A stretch of DNA of 64,000 bases from Perkinsela sp. CCAP 1560/9 (GCA_965644495.1 CBFFSA010000010.1:682001-746000), one strand, 5' to 3'; counted from the first letter of the stretch, positions 11,952 through 23,667 are shown. Notes: generated from the letters alone by a model not told the origin. Numbers and translations are program-made.

Positions 11952-12953
11952 ATGAGTGAACCACGAAGTCAACGTATAGATTCAGAGGACCGCACCATGA
12001 TTGAGGTGCTTTACAATCAACAGAATTTCACCCAAGTCCAAATTGCTGCGAAATTGAATATGAATCAATCCTCTCTGAGCCGGAAACTCGCACGCGGACT
12101 TCGAAATGATACGTACAGTGCCAGGCGCGCTGAACGAGCAGCGAAGCAGTCCATGCTGAAACGCCAGCCGCGCCCATGCATGATTAAAGGAGAGATTAAA
12201 GACAAAGTCGTGTCTCTCCTACGCAGGCGCTTTAGCCCCCAGCAAATTACAGTAGTCTTGCGCAAAGAAGATGATATTAAAGTATCCCGAACGTCAATAT
12301 ACGGGTTTATCAAGCGGGATGATGGTCAACATGGGAACTTGGAGAGTTGTCTGCGCCGTGGAGGAAGACGTGGTCAACGTCGCCGTCGGGGAACCAACCG
12401 TACCGGTATTCCGAATCGCACCGACATTGAGGAGCGACCGAATATTGTTAACAATCGGGAGCGATACGGCGATTGGGAATGTGACCTTATAGAAGGCACA
12501 AGACACAGCGGATTCTTCCTCACCTTGGTTGAGCGAAAGAGTCGGTTCGGGATACTAAAGAAGCTCACATGCAAGAAATCGGCACTGGTCGCTGAAAACA
12601 TAACCAGTGCTCTTCAAGGTTTCTTGGTTCACTCCATAACATATGATAACGGAACCGAGTTTGCAAAACACGAGAAAGTAAATCAGTCGCTTAATTGCTC
12701 TTCGTATTTTTGTAAACCGTATGCAAGTTGGGAGAAGGGGGGTGTTGAAAATTTCAACGGCGTAGTACGAGATTTCTACCCGAAACGACGTTTGTTTAGT
12801 GACATCTCGCAGAAGGATCTTGACTCCGTTTCGCGGGATATAAATGCTCGACCAAAAGAAGTGCTCCAAGAACAATCGCCATCTGAGATCGTAGAAATTC
12901 TTCGGAAAACTCGCCCACAATTTTTGGTCGACAGTTCCCAAGAGTCCTCTTGA
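11952..12953 (+). CDS. IS30-family transposase (intact)
   Basis: N-terminal HTH (QIAAKLNMNQSSLSRKL), FSPQQI, GDWECDLIEG, SITYDNGTEF and PYASWEKGGVENFNG, with D(33)E spacing. The first ATG (11952) follows a T-rich tract ending in TTTTAG. Confidence 0.95.
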   Translation: MSEPRSQRIDSEDRTMIEVLYNQQNFTQVQIAAKLNMNQSSLSRKLARGLRNDTYSARRAERAAKQSMLKRQPRPCMIKGEIKDKVVSLLRRRFSPQQITVVLRKEDDIKVSRTSIYGFIKRDDGQHGNLESCLRRGGRRGQRRRRGTNRTGIPNRTDIEERPNIVNNRERYGDWECDLIEGTRHSGFFLTLVERKSRFGILKKLTCKKSALVAENITSALQGFLVHSITYDNGTEFAKHEKVNQSLNCSSYFCKPYASWEKGGVENFNGVVRDFYPKRRLFSDISQKDLDSVSRDINARPKEVLQEQSPSEIVEILRKTRPQFLVDSSQESS

Positions 12954-13237
12954 ATCTCCGAAGGACCCATCAGTCCCTTTCTCTAGCGCTTTTTATGTGC
13001 GTATTTCACTCTTCCATGTGCGTATTTCACTCTTTACGTGCGTATACAATTTTTAAACATGTTTGGACATCTACTCAACTCCAAGCTGGGCGGGTTCTTC
13101 TCTTCTGCATAAGATGTGACTCCCTTGAAAGCGGCATGGGTTACATAATAAATTCTTCCAATTTTGAGTTTTACCAACTTTCCTTCAACTGCATATTTCC
13201 GATTCGTAGAATGGGCTTTCCATTTCTATTTTACCTT

Positions 13238-13775
13238 GCAGACGGTTGGGCTTCGCAAATTACTTCCCACTAACGTCAGACGTTTTTGTCTTGCACACGG
13301 ATAAACAAGGTCTTGGCTTTATTAAGGGTGGGGTATGGTAGAATTGTTGGGCTTCACAAATGGGTAAACAAGATCTAGGTTCATTGGCCCAGCCGGCCCC
13401 TCCGTGCGTTCGGCCTCTCATTTCCCCCAAAACAACTACCACCTTTCGCGCGACCCCCGCTAAATAGGGGGGGAAGGTGGTAGTTGTGGGGTATGGAGGC
13501 CTCTCGCAACTCCGGGGCCTCACCGGGAACAAAGGTGAAATTATTAGCCGGACGGGTGAACAAGGTCTTGGCTTTATTACGGGTTGGGTATGGTGGAATT
13601 GTTGGGCTTCGCAAATTGCTTCCCACTAACGTCAGACGTTTTTATCTTGCAGACGGGTAAACAAGGTCTTGGCTTATTACGGGTTGGGTATGGTGGAATT
13701 GTCGGGCTTCGCAAATAGCTTCCCACTAACGTCAGACGTTGTTATCTTGCAGAAGGGTAAACAAGGTCTTGGCTT
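13238..13775. repeat. ~101-bp tandem repeats interrupted by a GC-rich hairpin (13385..13530)
   Basis: CAAGGTCTTGGCTT recurs at ~13306, 13561, 13662 and 13762. The same units occur at 29290..29640 and, reversed, at 22430..22528, 22955..23045 and 24621..24730. Confidence 0.85.
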
Positions 13776-14286
13776 CCGCCTTTTTTTCTAGAGTTTTTTT
13801 TCAAGGGCCTTTCTCCAAATTTTTTGAAGGGCTCAATTTTTTTTTGAAGGGCTCAATTTTTTTTCGAAGGGCTTGCTCAAAATATGCATTATCAGTGTGC
13901 GAGTTTTATGCATTATCAGTGTGCGAGTGGCCATCTTCAAAAACCTTTCTCCTTCGTGTACAAGAGTGAAACTCTCCACTTTTTCTTTCTCTTTCGTACT
14001 CTTTCTTCTATAAACAAATAGCAAAGTATTTTTGTCCCAAACACTTTGAAATGACGTGAAAAAAATAAAAACAAACTCCCAAAAATCACTTCCCTCCCCT
14101 CTACCCTAACCCTAACCCCCTGAACCCCCTTTTTCCTTTCTCCTTCTCCTCCCCCCCTCTTCCCCCCTCCCTACCCCCTCCTCAACGACACCACCCCCAC
14201 CCCCACCACCCCCAGCTCCCTTCTCTTAGTCCTTTTCGAAAACAACCTCTTGGCTTTGCGTAACCCCGTAGCCCCCCCTACCCCCC

Positions 14287-15399
14287 CTACCCCCTCCTCA
14301 ACGACACCACCCCCACCACCACCATCACCCCCACCACGACCACCACCCCCACCACCAGCACCACCCCGAGCGCCCTCCTCCTCCCCCTCCTCGAGAGCCT
14401 CTTCGCCCGCCGCAGCTCCCCGGTCCCCCTCTCCAGGTAGTCGTTGGTGTCCCGCACCCGCGAGACGACGTCCTCCACGTAGTCCCCCTGGTCGCTGAGG
14501 ACCGTGGAGAGGTCGTGGAAGAGGGCGTGGAGACTCCGCAGGGAGGCCTCGAGGGCGTGGACCTCGGTGCGGGTCCCGGAGAGCTCGGAGAGCTTGTGGA
14601 GGGACTGGGCGAAGAGCTGGGGGGGAGGGGCGTGGAGGAGGTGGTCCACGGGGAGGGGGGGGAGAGGGGGGGAGGGGTTGGGGTTGTGGTTATTGTTGTT
14701 GTTTGGGTTGTTGTTTGGGTTGTTTTGGGTTTCATAAAGTGGTAAAGTGGCTTCCGTGGAGGTTCTGGGGTGGGGTTGGGTTTTTGTGGTGGTGAACCAG
14801 GTACGGAAAGGGAAAGGGGAGTTTCCGGTTTTAGGGCTATTTTTGGGATTTGGTGTGGGGTTAGTGTTGTGGGGGGTTGGGTTGGGATGCTTTTCGGTTT
14901 TTTCGTTTCTGTTTTGGTTTTGGTTTTTATCGATTTCTTGTTGTCTCATTTTGTTTTCTTTTTCTTCGGCCACAAGTTTAGTTTTCAGTTGTCGTACCAA
15001 CTTTGCTTTTTGTTTACGATCCGCCTCAGTTTGGGTTTCATGGAAGGTGCGGAGACAATCAAGAAACTGACGGTGTAGAAAACGCTCCTGGTTTTCTCGA
15101 ATACGAGTCCGCGCGTCGCCGGGGGAATTCTCCGCTTTTGAAACACAAATTGCATGTTGTGAACGAAGTTGTTGTAGGTGCGTTCGGATGACGTCGCTTT
15201 GAGTTCGGATTTGCTCCTCAGTTTCTCGAATTTCTTCTCTTCTGTTTTCTGAGTCACCAGGAAGGGTAGAGGAGAGGGAAGAAGCGCTCTGGTGAAGGGA
15301 CTGGAGCTGGGAGAGAGGGTCCTGGAGCACCGAGAGCTCAGTTTGGAGTTGCTTCGCCAGTGAAAAGAAGGCGTCTTGTTCTGCGGTGACGTCTGGCAT
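14287..15399 (-). CDS. Syntaxin (Qa t-SNARE)
   Basis: Habc helices (RIRENQERFLHRQFLDCL), SNARE motif LEASLRSLHALFHDLSTVLSDQGDYVEDV with the zero-layer Q, and a C-terminal TM. First ATG at 15399. Confidence 0.88.
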   Translation of the reverse strand: MPDVTAEQDAFFSLAKQLQTELSVLQDPLSQLQSLHQSASSLSSTLPGDSENRREEIRETEEQIRTQSDVIRTHLQQLRSQHAICVSKAENSPGDARTRIRENQERFLHRQFLDCLRTFHETQTEADRKQKAKLVRQLKTKLVAEEKENKMRQQEIDKNQNQNRNEKTEKHPNPTPHNTNPTPNPKNSPKTGNSPFPFRTWFTTTKTQPHPRTSTEATLPLYETQNNPNNNPNNNNNHNPNPSPPLPPLPVDHLLHAPPPQLFAQSLHKLSELSGTRTEVHALEASLRSLHALFHDLSTVLSDQGDYVEDVVSRVRDTNDYLERGTGELRRAKRLSRRGRRRALGVVLVVGVVVVVGVMVVVGVVSLRRG

Positions 15400-16991
15400 G
15401 GGGAGTGGGAGGAGAGTGGGGTGTGTGTGATAAATCAACCCCTCAAGTGTGTCTCTGTGTGAATTTTCGGGGGCATTTTGGTGGGTCGGATCTTCTTCGT
15501 GAGAACTGCATTTTCGATTTTTTAACTAGTAGTATTACGAATATCTGAGTGGACAAAGAAACAAGAAAGTTTGATTTTTGGAAGCAAAGTGATTAAAACT
15601 TGTTTTACAGAGGGATACAAAGACACTACTCACACTGTACGTATGCGTAATCGCAAGTACGCCATCTTGTAAAGGACTTATAGGCACTGAGAAATATGTA
15701 TTTACGTGCACATCTGGCTCAAACATGAGCGTAGCTTTTATGCCTCAAGTCGTTATGGCTCGTCAGTTTTCCTTGCTGCGCTGAATTCCATAGATTATTT
15801 TTCTCGGATTCTTTTGTTTCGCTAGTAAAATAGGAGAACTCTTCTTCAATATCCGAGTACCCATTTCTCCTCGAAAAAAATATTACAATAGAGTCATCGT
15901 CCTCTTCTTCATTATAGTATGTTGCCCTTAGATGGCACCGTCACTTTTTGTGCATCATATATACTGCGCTATTGTATGTATCTGCTATAAAAGTGAAGAA
16001 CCAACACAACAGTAACCAAAGCCATGCCAAGGCAGACCACTGTGCTTGGACTTAACTGAATAGAACCACTCGCATCAGAGCAATCGCTATAGCGAAACAT
16101 GCTGTTGCTCTTGGTAAACCGCCCGGGTCGCTTCATGACGCAAAGTAGTAGTAAAGTAAAAACGATGGTTCGCAGAAATTTTGTGGAAAAAAAATATTTT
16201 TTTAGAGTAAAAAAGTTACATACTAGAGTAAGAAAGTTGCTGTTTTTGCTTTAATTGACTACAAAATTTTTAAAAACGTTTTTTTCTGTTTGCCCAAAAA
16301 TTCAATTACCGTGAATCGGTAATTCCCGTGACATTGTTACCGTGACATTGTAGAACTGCGTTGACCTTTTGGACAAAAACAACCCAAATTGTCCATAAAC
16401 TGATATATCGTTTTAAGAAAGAAAAACGCACCTTTTGGACGACTCGAGACCCTCTTCTTCGGAAGCGATTTGCAAACCTCAATTTGTCACATACAGTAAA
16501 CGTCACTATTCTCAGAATGCTCAGTTGTACGTCGACACAGAAAAAACGGCTTTTTTGTCGTTTTTCGTCACTATTCTCAGAATTGGTCTGTTGAACGTTG
16601 ACAGGCACTTTTTTATGAGGTCAAATCATAATTCTCATTTTTAAAAAAGAAAACGTTTCGCAAGAAAAATGTTAGCAGCGGAGCAACAGGCCGCTTTGGG
16701 TGCACAAAAATGACCCCCAGAGATCTCCCACCATCTCCTTGGTTTGCGGAGTCGCCGCTCTATCAGAAGAACACCGCGCAGTCAAACAGTACAAGTTTTC
16801 CTTTTGTGTATTAGCGTTTTGTTTTCAGAAAAACAAAGTTTCATGACTCGTAGTCACCTAAATCAGTGTTTTCTTTTCTTTTTTTGGTCTCACTAGGACA
16901 TTTGTGTGCCTTTCATGAATGGAAGAAGAGAAAGGACAACGATAAAAATGATCTCCAGTGATCCTCTGTGACCCCCATCTATCTCCACCTA

Positions 16992-17281
16992 CCTATACCC
17001 CCCCAGTAATAGAATCGATTTTGGACCATAAAGGCCAAATCCTTGTTACTGGGTGGGGTATGCTTTTTCGGTGGGCAAAGGCCTTTTTCGTTCATGAGTG
17101 CGCTGATTTTCTGTACAGCCAACCCAGAAACCACGCGATTCGCTACTGCACAACCACCCTCATCCCGTCCAGACACCCCCCCTCCAACCACCCTCCCGAG
17201 ACAAATCCTTGTTACTGTGTGTCGGCCCAAAAATGGCGAAATCTCTGCTACTGGGGGATCCATTACTGGGGGAATATACAG
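16992..17281. mobile_element. pogo-type MITE
   Basis: TA|CCTATACCCCCCCAGTAAT ... ATTACTGGGGGAATATACAG|TA; homologous to 49699..49900. Confidence 0.7.
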
Positions 17282-17703
17282 TATCCCCAGTGATTCCCAC
17301 CGATCTCTCGCATACTCTCCAGTTAGTGAAGATGAAGCAGTGAGTTAATCAGTGAGAGAACGAAAGCGTTTTTTTTCAATTCTCATTTTTGAGTGTAAAA
17401 TTGAATTGAACGTTGACACATGACCGAAGCTCCATTCTCATTTTCCAAGGTGCATTCTCATTTTAGTCAGTTGTACGTTGACAGCCCAATTCTCATTTTT
17501 AGCGGCTATTCTCAGAATAGTGACGTTTACTGTATGCTTTTTCAAATGGAAATGTGGGTTACGCAAGACCGTAGAGGAAGGAGGAGGCGCAAGGCAAAAA
17601 GCAGAATGCGGTGCCTCCTGCCTTTTTGCCGCAGCGACGACGACTTCCTCGCGTGGGAAGCTGTAAGGGAACATGTTTCCTAGGGAGCATGTTTTTACTA
17701 TGT

Positions 17704-18222
17704 AACCCAGGCTAAAGTGGACGAGGGAGATACCAATAGTATAGATGTGGCAGTTTCCTGCAGGAAAAAAAAGGTCAGGGCGTCCGATTCACATCGGATG
17801 ATGGGACTTAGCGATCCCAGCCTCCCGAGCTAAGGCCCGCGCTAACAAAACAAAGCGCTAAATAACTAGGCCCGTTCAGGGCACTGGTTGTCCCTCGAGG
17901 ATCGTTAGTGAATGAGTGCGTCCTCACTCTACGTCCCTTGATGAGTTCTCGGTGGTGAGATTCTGACGCCCGTACTCTTCCGGAAACGGAGAGGTTGCTC
18001 AGCCCCACTTAAAAGGAGACTCAGACCGACGTAGAGGTTTCTCTGTAACGGAGATTCCTGCTACGATCCTATAGCCCTAGTTGGCCAAACGGGATATCTT
18101 AACTCTTAACTTCCTGCAGGAAAAACGGTATCTCCCTTATGGCATGGAAACTAGTGCCTAAAAAGGTGGAGATGCCGTTTTTCCCGTGGGAAACTGCCGC
18201 ACCTACATTATTGGTATCTCCT
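17704..18222. mobile_element. Palindromic MITE split by a 341-bp retroposon
   Basis: The uninterrupted counterpart is at 42679..42860. Confidence 0.75.
17770..18110 (+). mobile_element. SINE-like short retroposon
   Basis: 15-bp TSD TTCCTGCAGGAAAAA (17755..17769, 18111..18125), (TCTTAAC)2 tail and multiple hairpins; absent from the paralogous MITE at 42679. Confidence 0.75.
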
Positions 18223-18519
18223 TTACTTTTTTTGGGTCAAAAAAAAATTTTTTTTGGTCACCCCAAAAAATTCGGAGATTTTGACTGTGTCGGACCCCTC
18301 CTGCGCGTACCAGGGGGGTACCCCCAGGGGGGGGTGGAAAATTCTCGCTGCGGCCTACTCTACCACTTCCCTGCGCTCGATTTCGAAAAGCAAAATAATC
18401 GAAAAAAAAATTCGTGGTGTATGCCCCCCCCCTGGACCCCCCCCATGGACCCCTCCCCTAGACCCCCCATTTTTTTAAATTTTTTTTTCAGTTTTGGACC
18501 ACCGGAGCCCCATCAGGTT

Positions 18520-20022
18520 CTAGGTTTTTCTGATTCTAGTGAAGAATCTCAAAGTGAGGCGGGAGACGATGAGGTAGAAGAGGCGGGCGAGGAAGAAGAA
18601 GAAAACGGCGAACCGCATCTTTTTAGCAAAGAGAAACAAACATGCCAGGGAGGTCAACATGCCAGAGAAAAAAGGCCGACCCATGAAAGCGGCCGTCGGT
18701 CGAATGAGTGTATCACCACTTCTCAAAAACGTCGCATATGCAAGTACTATGAGTCTCTTCCGACTAAAATTAAGGACACAAAAAAAGGGTTAATTCCTCT
18801 CCTCAATGCATATGTCAGGGAAGCATGGCCTCAGAAACGCCTTCGTATATGTCACGAACAACAGCTGTATTCCTGGTTGTCCATGTTTTCTGATAAAAAG
18901 AATGAAGGTGGTAAACGAAAACGTTGTGAGCATCAAAGATCGAGTTGTCCGCTTCAGAAAACAAAAGAAATGCTCGCTTCTTTTATTCGAGCAAGGCGTA
19001 GTGCAAATGCAGTAGTCACGTTTTCCATGATAAAAGAAGAAGTCCATCACATTCTTTGTCGTAGGCCATCTTCAGAAATAGGAAATAAGCGAATCGTAAG
19101 CGATATGTGGGTATCCCGCTTTCTTCGCCAATTTTCCTTCAGTCTACGCATTGTCAAGAAGCAAACGATTTTGACGAAGGAGCAGTTAAATCATTCGAAA
19201 AAATCAAACGTTTTCATACTTTCATTGATCGTGCCTTAAAAACTAAAATATTTAGTTGTGTGTTCAATTTTGATGAAATTCCCGTCCCTTCGCGGCACTA
19301 TGAGGGCACTGAAAACTGTAACCCACCGAGGTGAACAAGATGTTCATGCACATGCAAATCCCAACGATCGCAAGCGTTGTGCTACGCTCATCTCCGGCGC
19401 AGGTGTTATCATAGATAGCGAAAGAAATCCCTTACGACATTTCTTTATGAAACCCCTAATTGTATGGAAAGGTAAGAAAGATCTAATGCGAAATGTTGCC
19501 TTTGATCCCAAAACGGCCTGTGCTTTTACTCCAAAGGGAGTTGTCACTGAAGAGTTTTTTAAAAGTATATTTGTTCCTTTCTTCAATCAATTACTGGAGC
19601 AACATCAAGTAGAAGGACCGACTTTACTTGTCCTTGATTCTTGCCGATCACACATTACGGCAAGCGTTCTTAGCTCTTTCTGCCTAACAAAAAATTACGT
19701 TGCTGTTCTTCCGGGTGGAACCACATCTTTGTTGCAATGGATTGATGTATACTACGCTGGTCCCTACAAAGCTGCGCACGTGAAATACTGGAACGAGGAA
19801 CATACCACCAAACGAACAGCGGCAGAAAATCGTAAGTGGCTGCATTGTACAGTAGCGCAAGCGCATACAGACGTTATATCCACCATGGATGTGACCAAGC
19901 AGTTCAAACATCTTGGCTACCTTAATCCTTCCATTGCCGAATTTCATTCACCTCATCTCTCAAACTACAATTTTGAAAATCCAACAGAAAACCTCGCGAG
20001 CATAGCAGATCATAAGAAATAA
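18520..20022 (+). pseudogene. pogo/Fot1-like (DDE_1) transposase, frameshifted
   Basis: CENPB-like HTH (SDMWVSRFLRQFSFSLR), VFNFDEIP, KPLIVWKGK, LLVLDSCRSH and LPGGTTSLLQWID. Confidence 0.85.
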
Positions 20023-20624
20023 ATTGAAGAGCATTTTATAAGATGCTCCCAACTAAGTTTGACTGCGAAACGCGGTCCTATAGATCGCTTTGTAAAAACT
20101 AGTCGGTCACAGAGGAACAATAAGACATAGGAACAATAATTTGTTTACACTTCAACAACGATGAGACTTATTTTCTACTTCAGACTATGTCTAAACTTTT
20201 CTCCTATGTTCTTCTCTTTGAATATTATAGCGTTAACGCTATAATATTATATATTATTTAAATAGCGATTTAAATAATATACCGTTCCCCGGGTTATATT
20301 GTACCCATATGATTTTTTTACTGCTTTTTCCACTTTTTACCCCCTTTTCGTCTATCTTAGCATTCAAATCAAATCAACAAACCTTGAATCACACCCCAAT
20401 CTTCACTCTCCTCTTCAAAGTCATCTTCTGTCTCTTCATTGTCGTTGTCTTCGTCCCTTTCTACTTCCTCCCTTTCTACTTCATCTTTTACGGACTTCAG
20501 AGCCAACAAAAGAGCGCGAAAGCGTTCTTGCCAGCTTGCGTTCTTAAAAAACAGCGTGTGCGATGAAACAACTTCATCAGCCTTATGCGGATGCATTGAG
20601 AGGGCACCCGCACATTTATAATGT

Positions 20625-21590
20625 TCTTTTTTAAGCTCTTCGTTAAACGCGGTGGTTGTTTTCAACTTAGAAGTCACTCATGCTGCGCGCTTCGCGTTGA
20701 AAACTACCGCTGCGTTTAACGAAGAGCCTAAAAAAGAAAATTTAGCCTGGAAAACGGAAAGATTATAGCCAAAAATAGCCGATTTTCGGGTAAAAATGGG
20801 GTGATTTTCGCGTATTTTTGCTCTCAGAGCACTAAATCCGACATTTGCGCGTGGGAAATCACTCGTAGGCATGAATGAAAGCCTGCCGAACGTATTGGGT
20901 AGAGAATGCGACTCCAACCACACCATTCTTTCGTCACAAAAATGCCCCTTCAGGTCCGAAAAATACTTTTTCACCTTTTTTAGTCAAAAATGGGTCATTT
21001 TGAGGGGCGCACCACGGTTTGAAGAAGTGATACCTTGAGAAAACAACTGCGTAGAAAGCTAGTGTAGGTCCCAAACTATCAAAATACAATAGGGGAAACG
21101 ATTTTGGAAAAATATTCTTTTTGTCATTTTTTTCGCCAAGTTGAATTTTTTTTCAAATTTTTTTTTCCGAAAATATCCGAACTTGGCGGACCCGTCATGC
21201 GGATACGCGGGGGGGTCACCCCCGGGTAGGGGGGTGGAAAATGCGCGCCAAGACCCCGGCTACCCTTTCTGCGGTTTTTTTTCGAAACTAATTTTTTCGA
21301 AAAATTTGCTCGACCATGACCCCCCGTGGACCTCCCCCTGGAACCCCCCCTGCACCCCCCCTGGACCCCCCCCCTGGACCCCGCCCATGGACCCCCCCTG
21401 GACCCCCCCCCTGGACCCCGCCCTGGACCCCCCATGGACCCCTCCCCTGGACCCTCCACCTGGACCCCGCCCTGGACCCCCCCCCTGGACTCCCCTCCCC
21501 CCCTGGACCCCCCCCTGGACCCCCCCCATGGACCCCCCCCCCTGGACCCCCCCCATGGACCCCCCATTTTTTTCAATTTTTTTTTTCAGT
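20625..21590 (+). mobile_element. Hairpin-ended repeat family copy with an expanded GGACCCCCC minisatellite (21315..21565)
   Basis: Near-identical to 3145..3890; followed by rearranged reverse copies extending to ~22330. Confidence 0.75.
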
Positions 21591-23144
21591 TATGGTTGGA
21601 GTCGCATTCTCTACCCAATACGTTCGTTAAGTTTTCATTCATGCCTACGAGTCATTTCCCACCCGCAAATATCAGATTTAGTGCTCTGAGAGCAAAAATA
21701 CGCAGAAATCACCCCATTTTTGCCAGAAAATCGGCTATTTTTGGCTATAATCTTTACGTTTTCTTCAGTTTTCCTGGCCCCTTTTTTCTTTTTTAGGCTC
21801 TTCGTTAAACGCGGTGGTAGTCTTCAACGCGAAGCTCGCAACATGTGTGACTTCTAAGTTGAAAACAACCACCGCGTATAACGAAGAAACAAAAAATTTG
21901 CGGTAGTTGCACATATTATAAATGTGCCGCTTAGTATGCATTATTGCGGTGGTTGTATAACTACCGCTGTACCCTCGAATATTGAAAAAAAAGTGAACAA
22001 AACAGTGAAAATATATAGAGGAACACGGTAATATAATAGAAGAAAAAAATGTAAAAGGGGGCTCCGGTGGTTCAAAAATGAAAAACAAATTGAAAAAAAT
22101 GGGGGGTCTAGGGGTGGGGTCCATGGGGGGGGACATACCGCACGAATTTTTTTTCGAATTTTTTGCTTTTTCGAAATCGAGCGCAGGGAAGTGGTAGAGT
22201 AGGCCGCGGCGATAATTTTCCACCCCCCCCCAGGGGGTACGCCCTCTGATACGCGCAGGAGGGGTCCGACAAGGTCAAAATTTCCGAATTTTTAGGGTGA
22301 CCAAAAAAAAAATTTGACCCAAAAAAAAAAAAAAAATTATTTTTCCAAAATCGACTCCTAAAACGTATTTTAAGAGTTTTGGACCTCAGTTACCATTCTA
22401 CGACGTTTGTTTCGACATATAACACGTGATATTGGTGAGACGCAATTTGCGAAGCCCAACAATTCCACCATGCCCAACCCCTAGCAAAGCGATGACCTTG
22501 TTTACCCGTCTGCAAGATAAAAATGTGTGCCCACTCGCACATTGATAATGCATAACGTGCCGCACATTGATAATGCATATAGCACATTGATAGTGCATAC
22601 TAAGCGGCACATTAATATTGCATAGTTACTGCACATTGATAATGCATATAGCACATTGATATTGCATACAGCACATTGATAATGCATACAGCACATTGAT
22701 AATGCATACAGCACATTGATGATGCATTATTTGGAAAATAAAGGTGTTTTCAAGAAATAGTGAACACTCGTCTCTGCTCCCGGTGAGGCCCCGGAGTTGC
22801 GAGAGGCCTCCATACCCCACAACTACCACCTTCCCCCCCTATTTAGCGGGGGTCGCGCGAGCGACCCCTGATAAATGGGGGGAAGGTGGTAGTTGTTTTG
22901 GGGAATATGAGAGGCCGAACGCACGGAGGGGCCGGCCGGGCCAGTGAACCCAGACACCATACCCAACCCCTAGCAAAGCCTAGACCTTGTTTACCCGTTT
23001 GCAAGACAAGAATGTGTGTCGTTAGTGGGAAGCAATTTGCGAAGTCGAAAGGCTGTGTGATATTAGTGTAACGAACATAAGTACATGCCCGTGTATATAA
23101 AGGACGCACATTTATGGATAAGAATCGGATGTCTTTGTCACTCT

Positions 23145-23650
23145 TATCAATGTGCTATATGCATTATCAATGTGCTATATGCATTATCAATGTGCTATAT
23201 GCATTATCAATGTGCTATATGCATTATCAATGTGCTATATGCATTATCAATGTGCTATATGCATTATCAATGTGCTATATGCATTATCAATGTGCTATAT
23301 GCATTATCAATGTGCTATATGCAATATCAATGTGCTATATGCATTATCAATGTGCTATATGCATTATCAATGTGCTATATGCATTATCAATGTGCTATAT
23401 GCATTATCAATGTGCTATATGCATTATCAATGTGCTATATGCAATATCAATGTGCTATATGCAATATCAATGTGCTATATGCATTATCAATGTGCTATAT
23501 GCAATATCAATGTGCTATATGCATTATCAATGTGCTATATGCATTATCAATGTGCTATATGCATTATCAATGTGCTATATGCATTATCAATGTGCTATAT
23601 GCATTATCAGTGTGCTATATGCATTATCAATGTGCTATATGCATTATCAA
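23145..23650. repeat. Tandem array of 20-bp TATCAATGTGCTATATGCAT (about 25 copies)
   Basis: Directly visible; inverted partner array at 22535..22730. Confidence 0.97.
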
Positions 23651-23667
23651 AGTGCCGCTTAGTATGC

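Larger units (their letters stand above)
11393..13932 (+). mobile_element. IS30-transposase-bearing TIR element with inverted 20-bp arrays
   Basis: Ends AT|GGCACCCGCAC ... GTGCGAGTGGCC|AT. Order: left array, transposase, 101-bp repeats with hairpin, short inverted right array. Confidence 0.75.

Noticed and set aside
11400-13775. CRISPR-like array next to a nuclease-fold gene
   Set aside because: Units are head-to-tail with no unique spacers, and there are no cas genes.
14104-14118. Telomeric CCCTAA repeats
   Set aside because: Only two units, in very C-rich sequence.
17935-17995. Hammerhead ribozyme (TGATGAG...GAAAC)
   Set aside because: The core reads TTGATGA rather than CTGATGA, and the GAAA is a tetraloop of a separate hairpin.
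21124-21796. Pro/Gly-rich ORFs on both strands
   Set aside because: They arise from the GGACCCCCC minisatellite.
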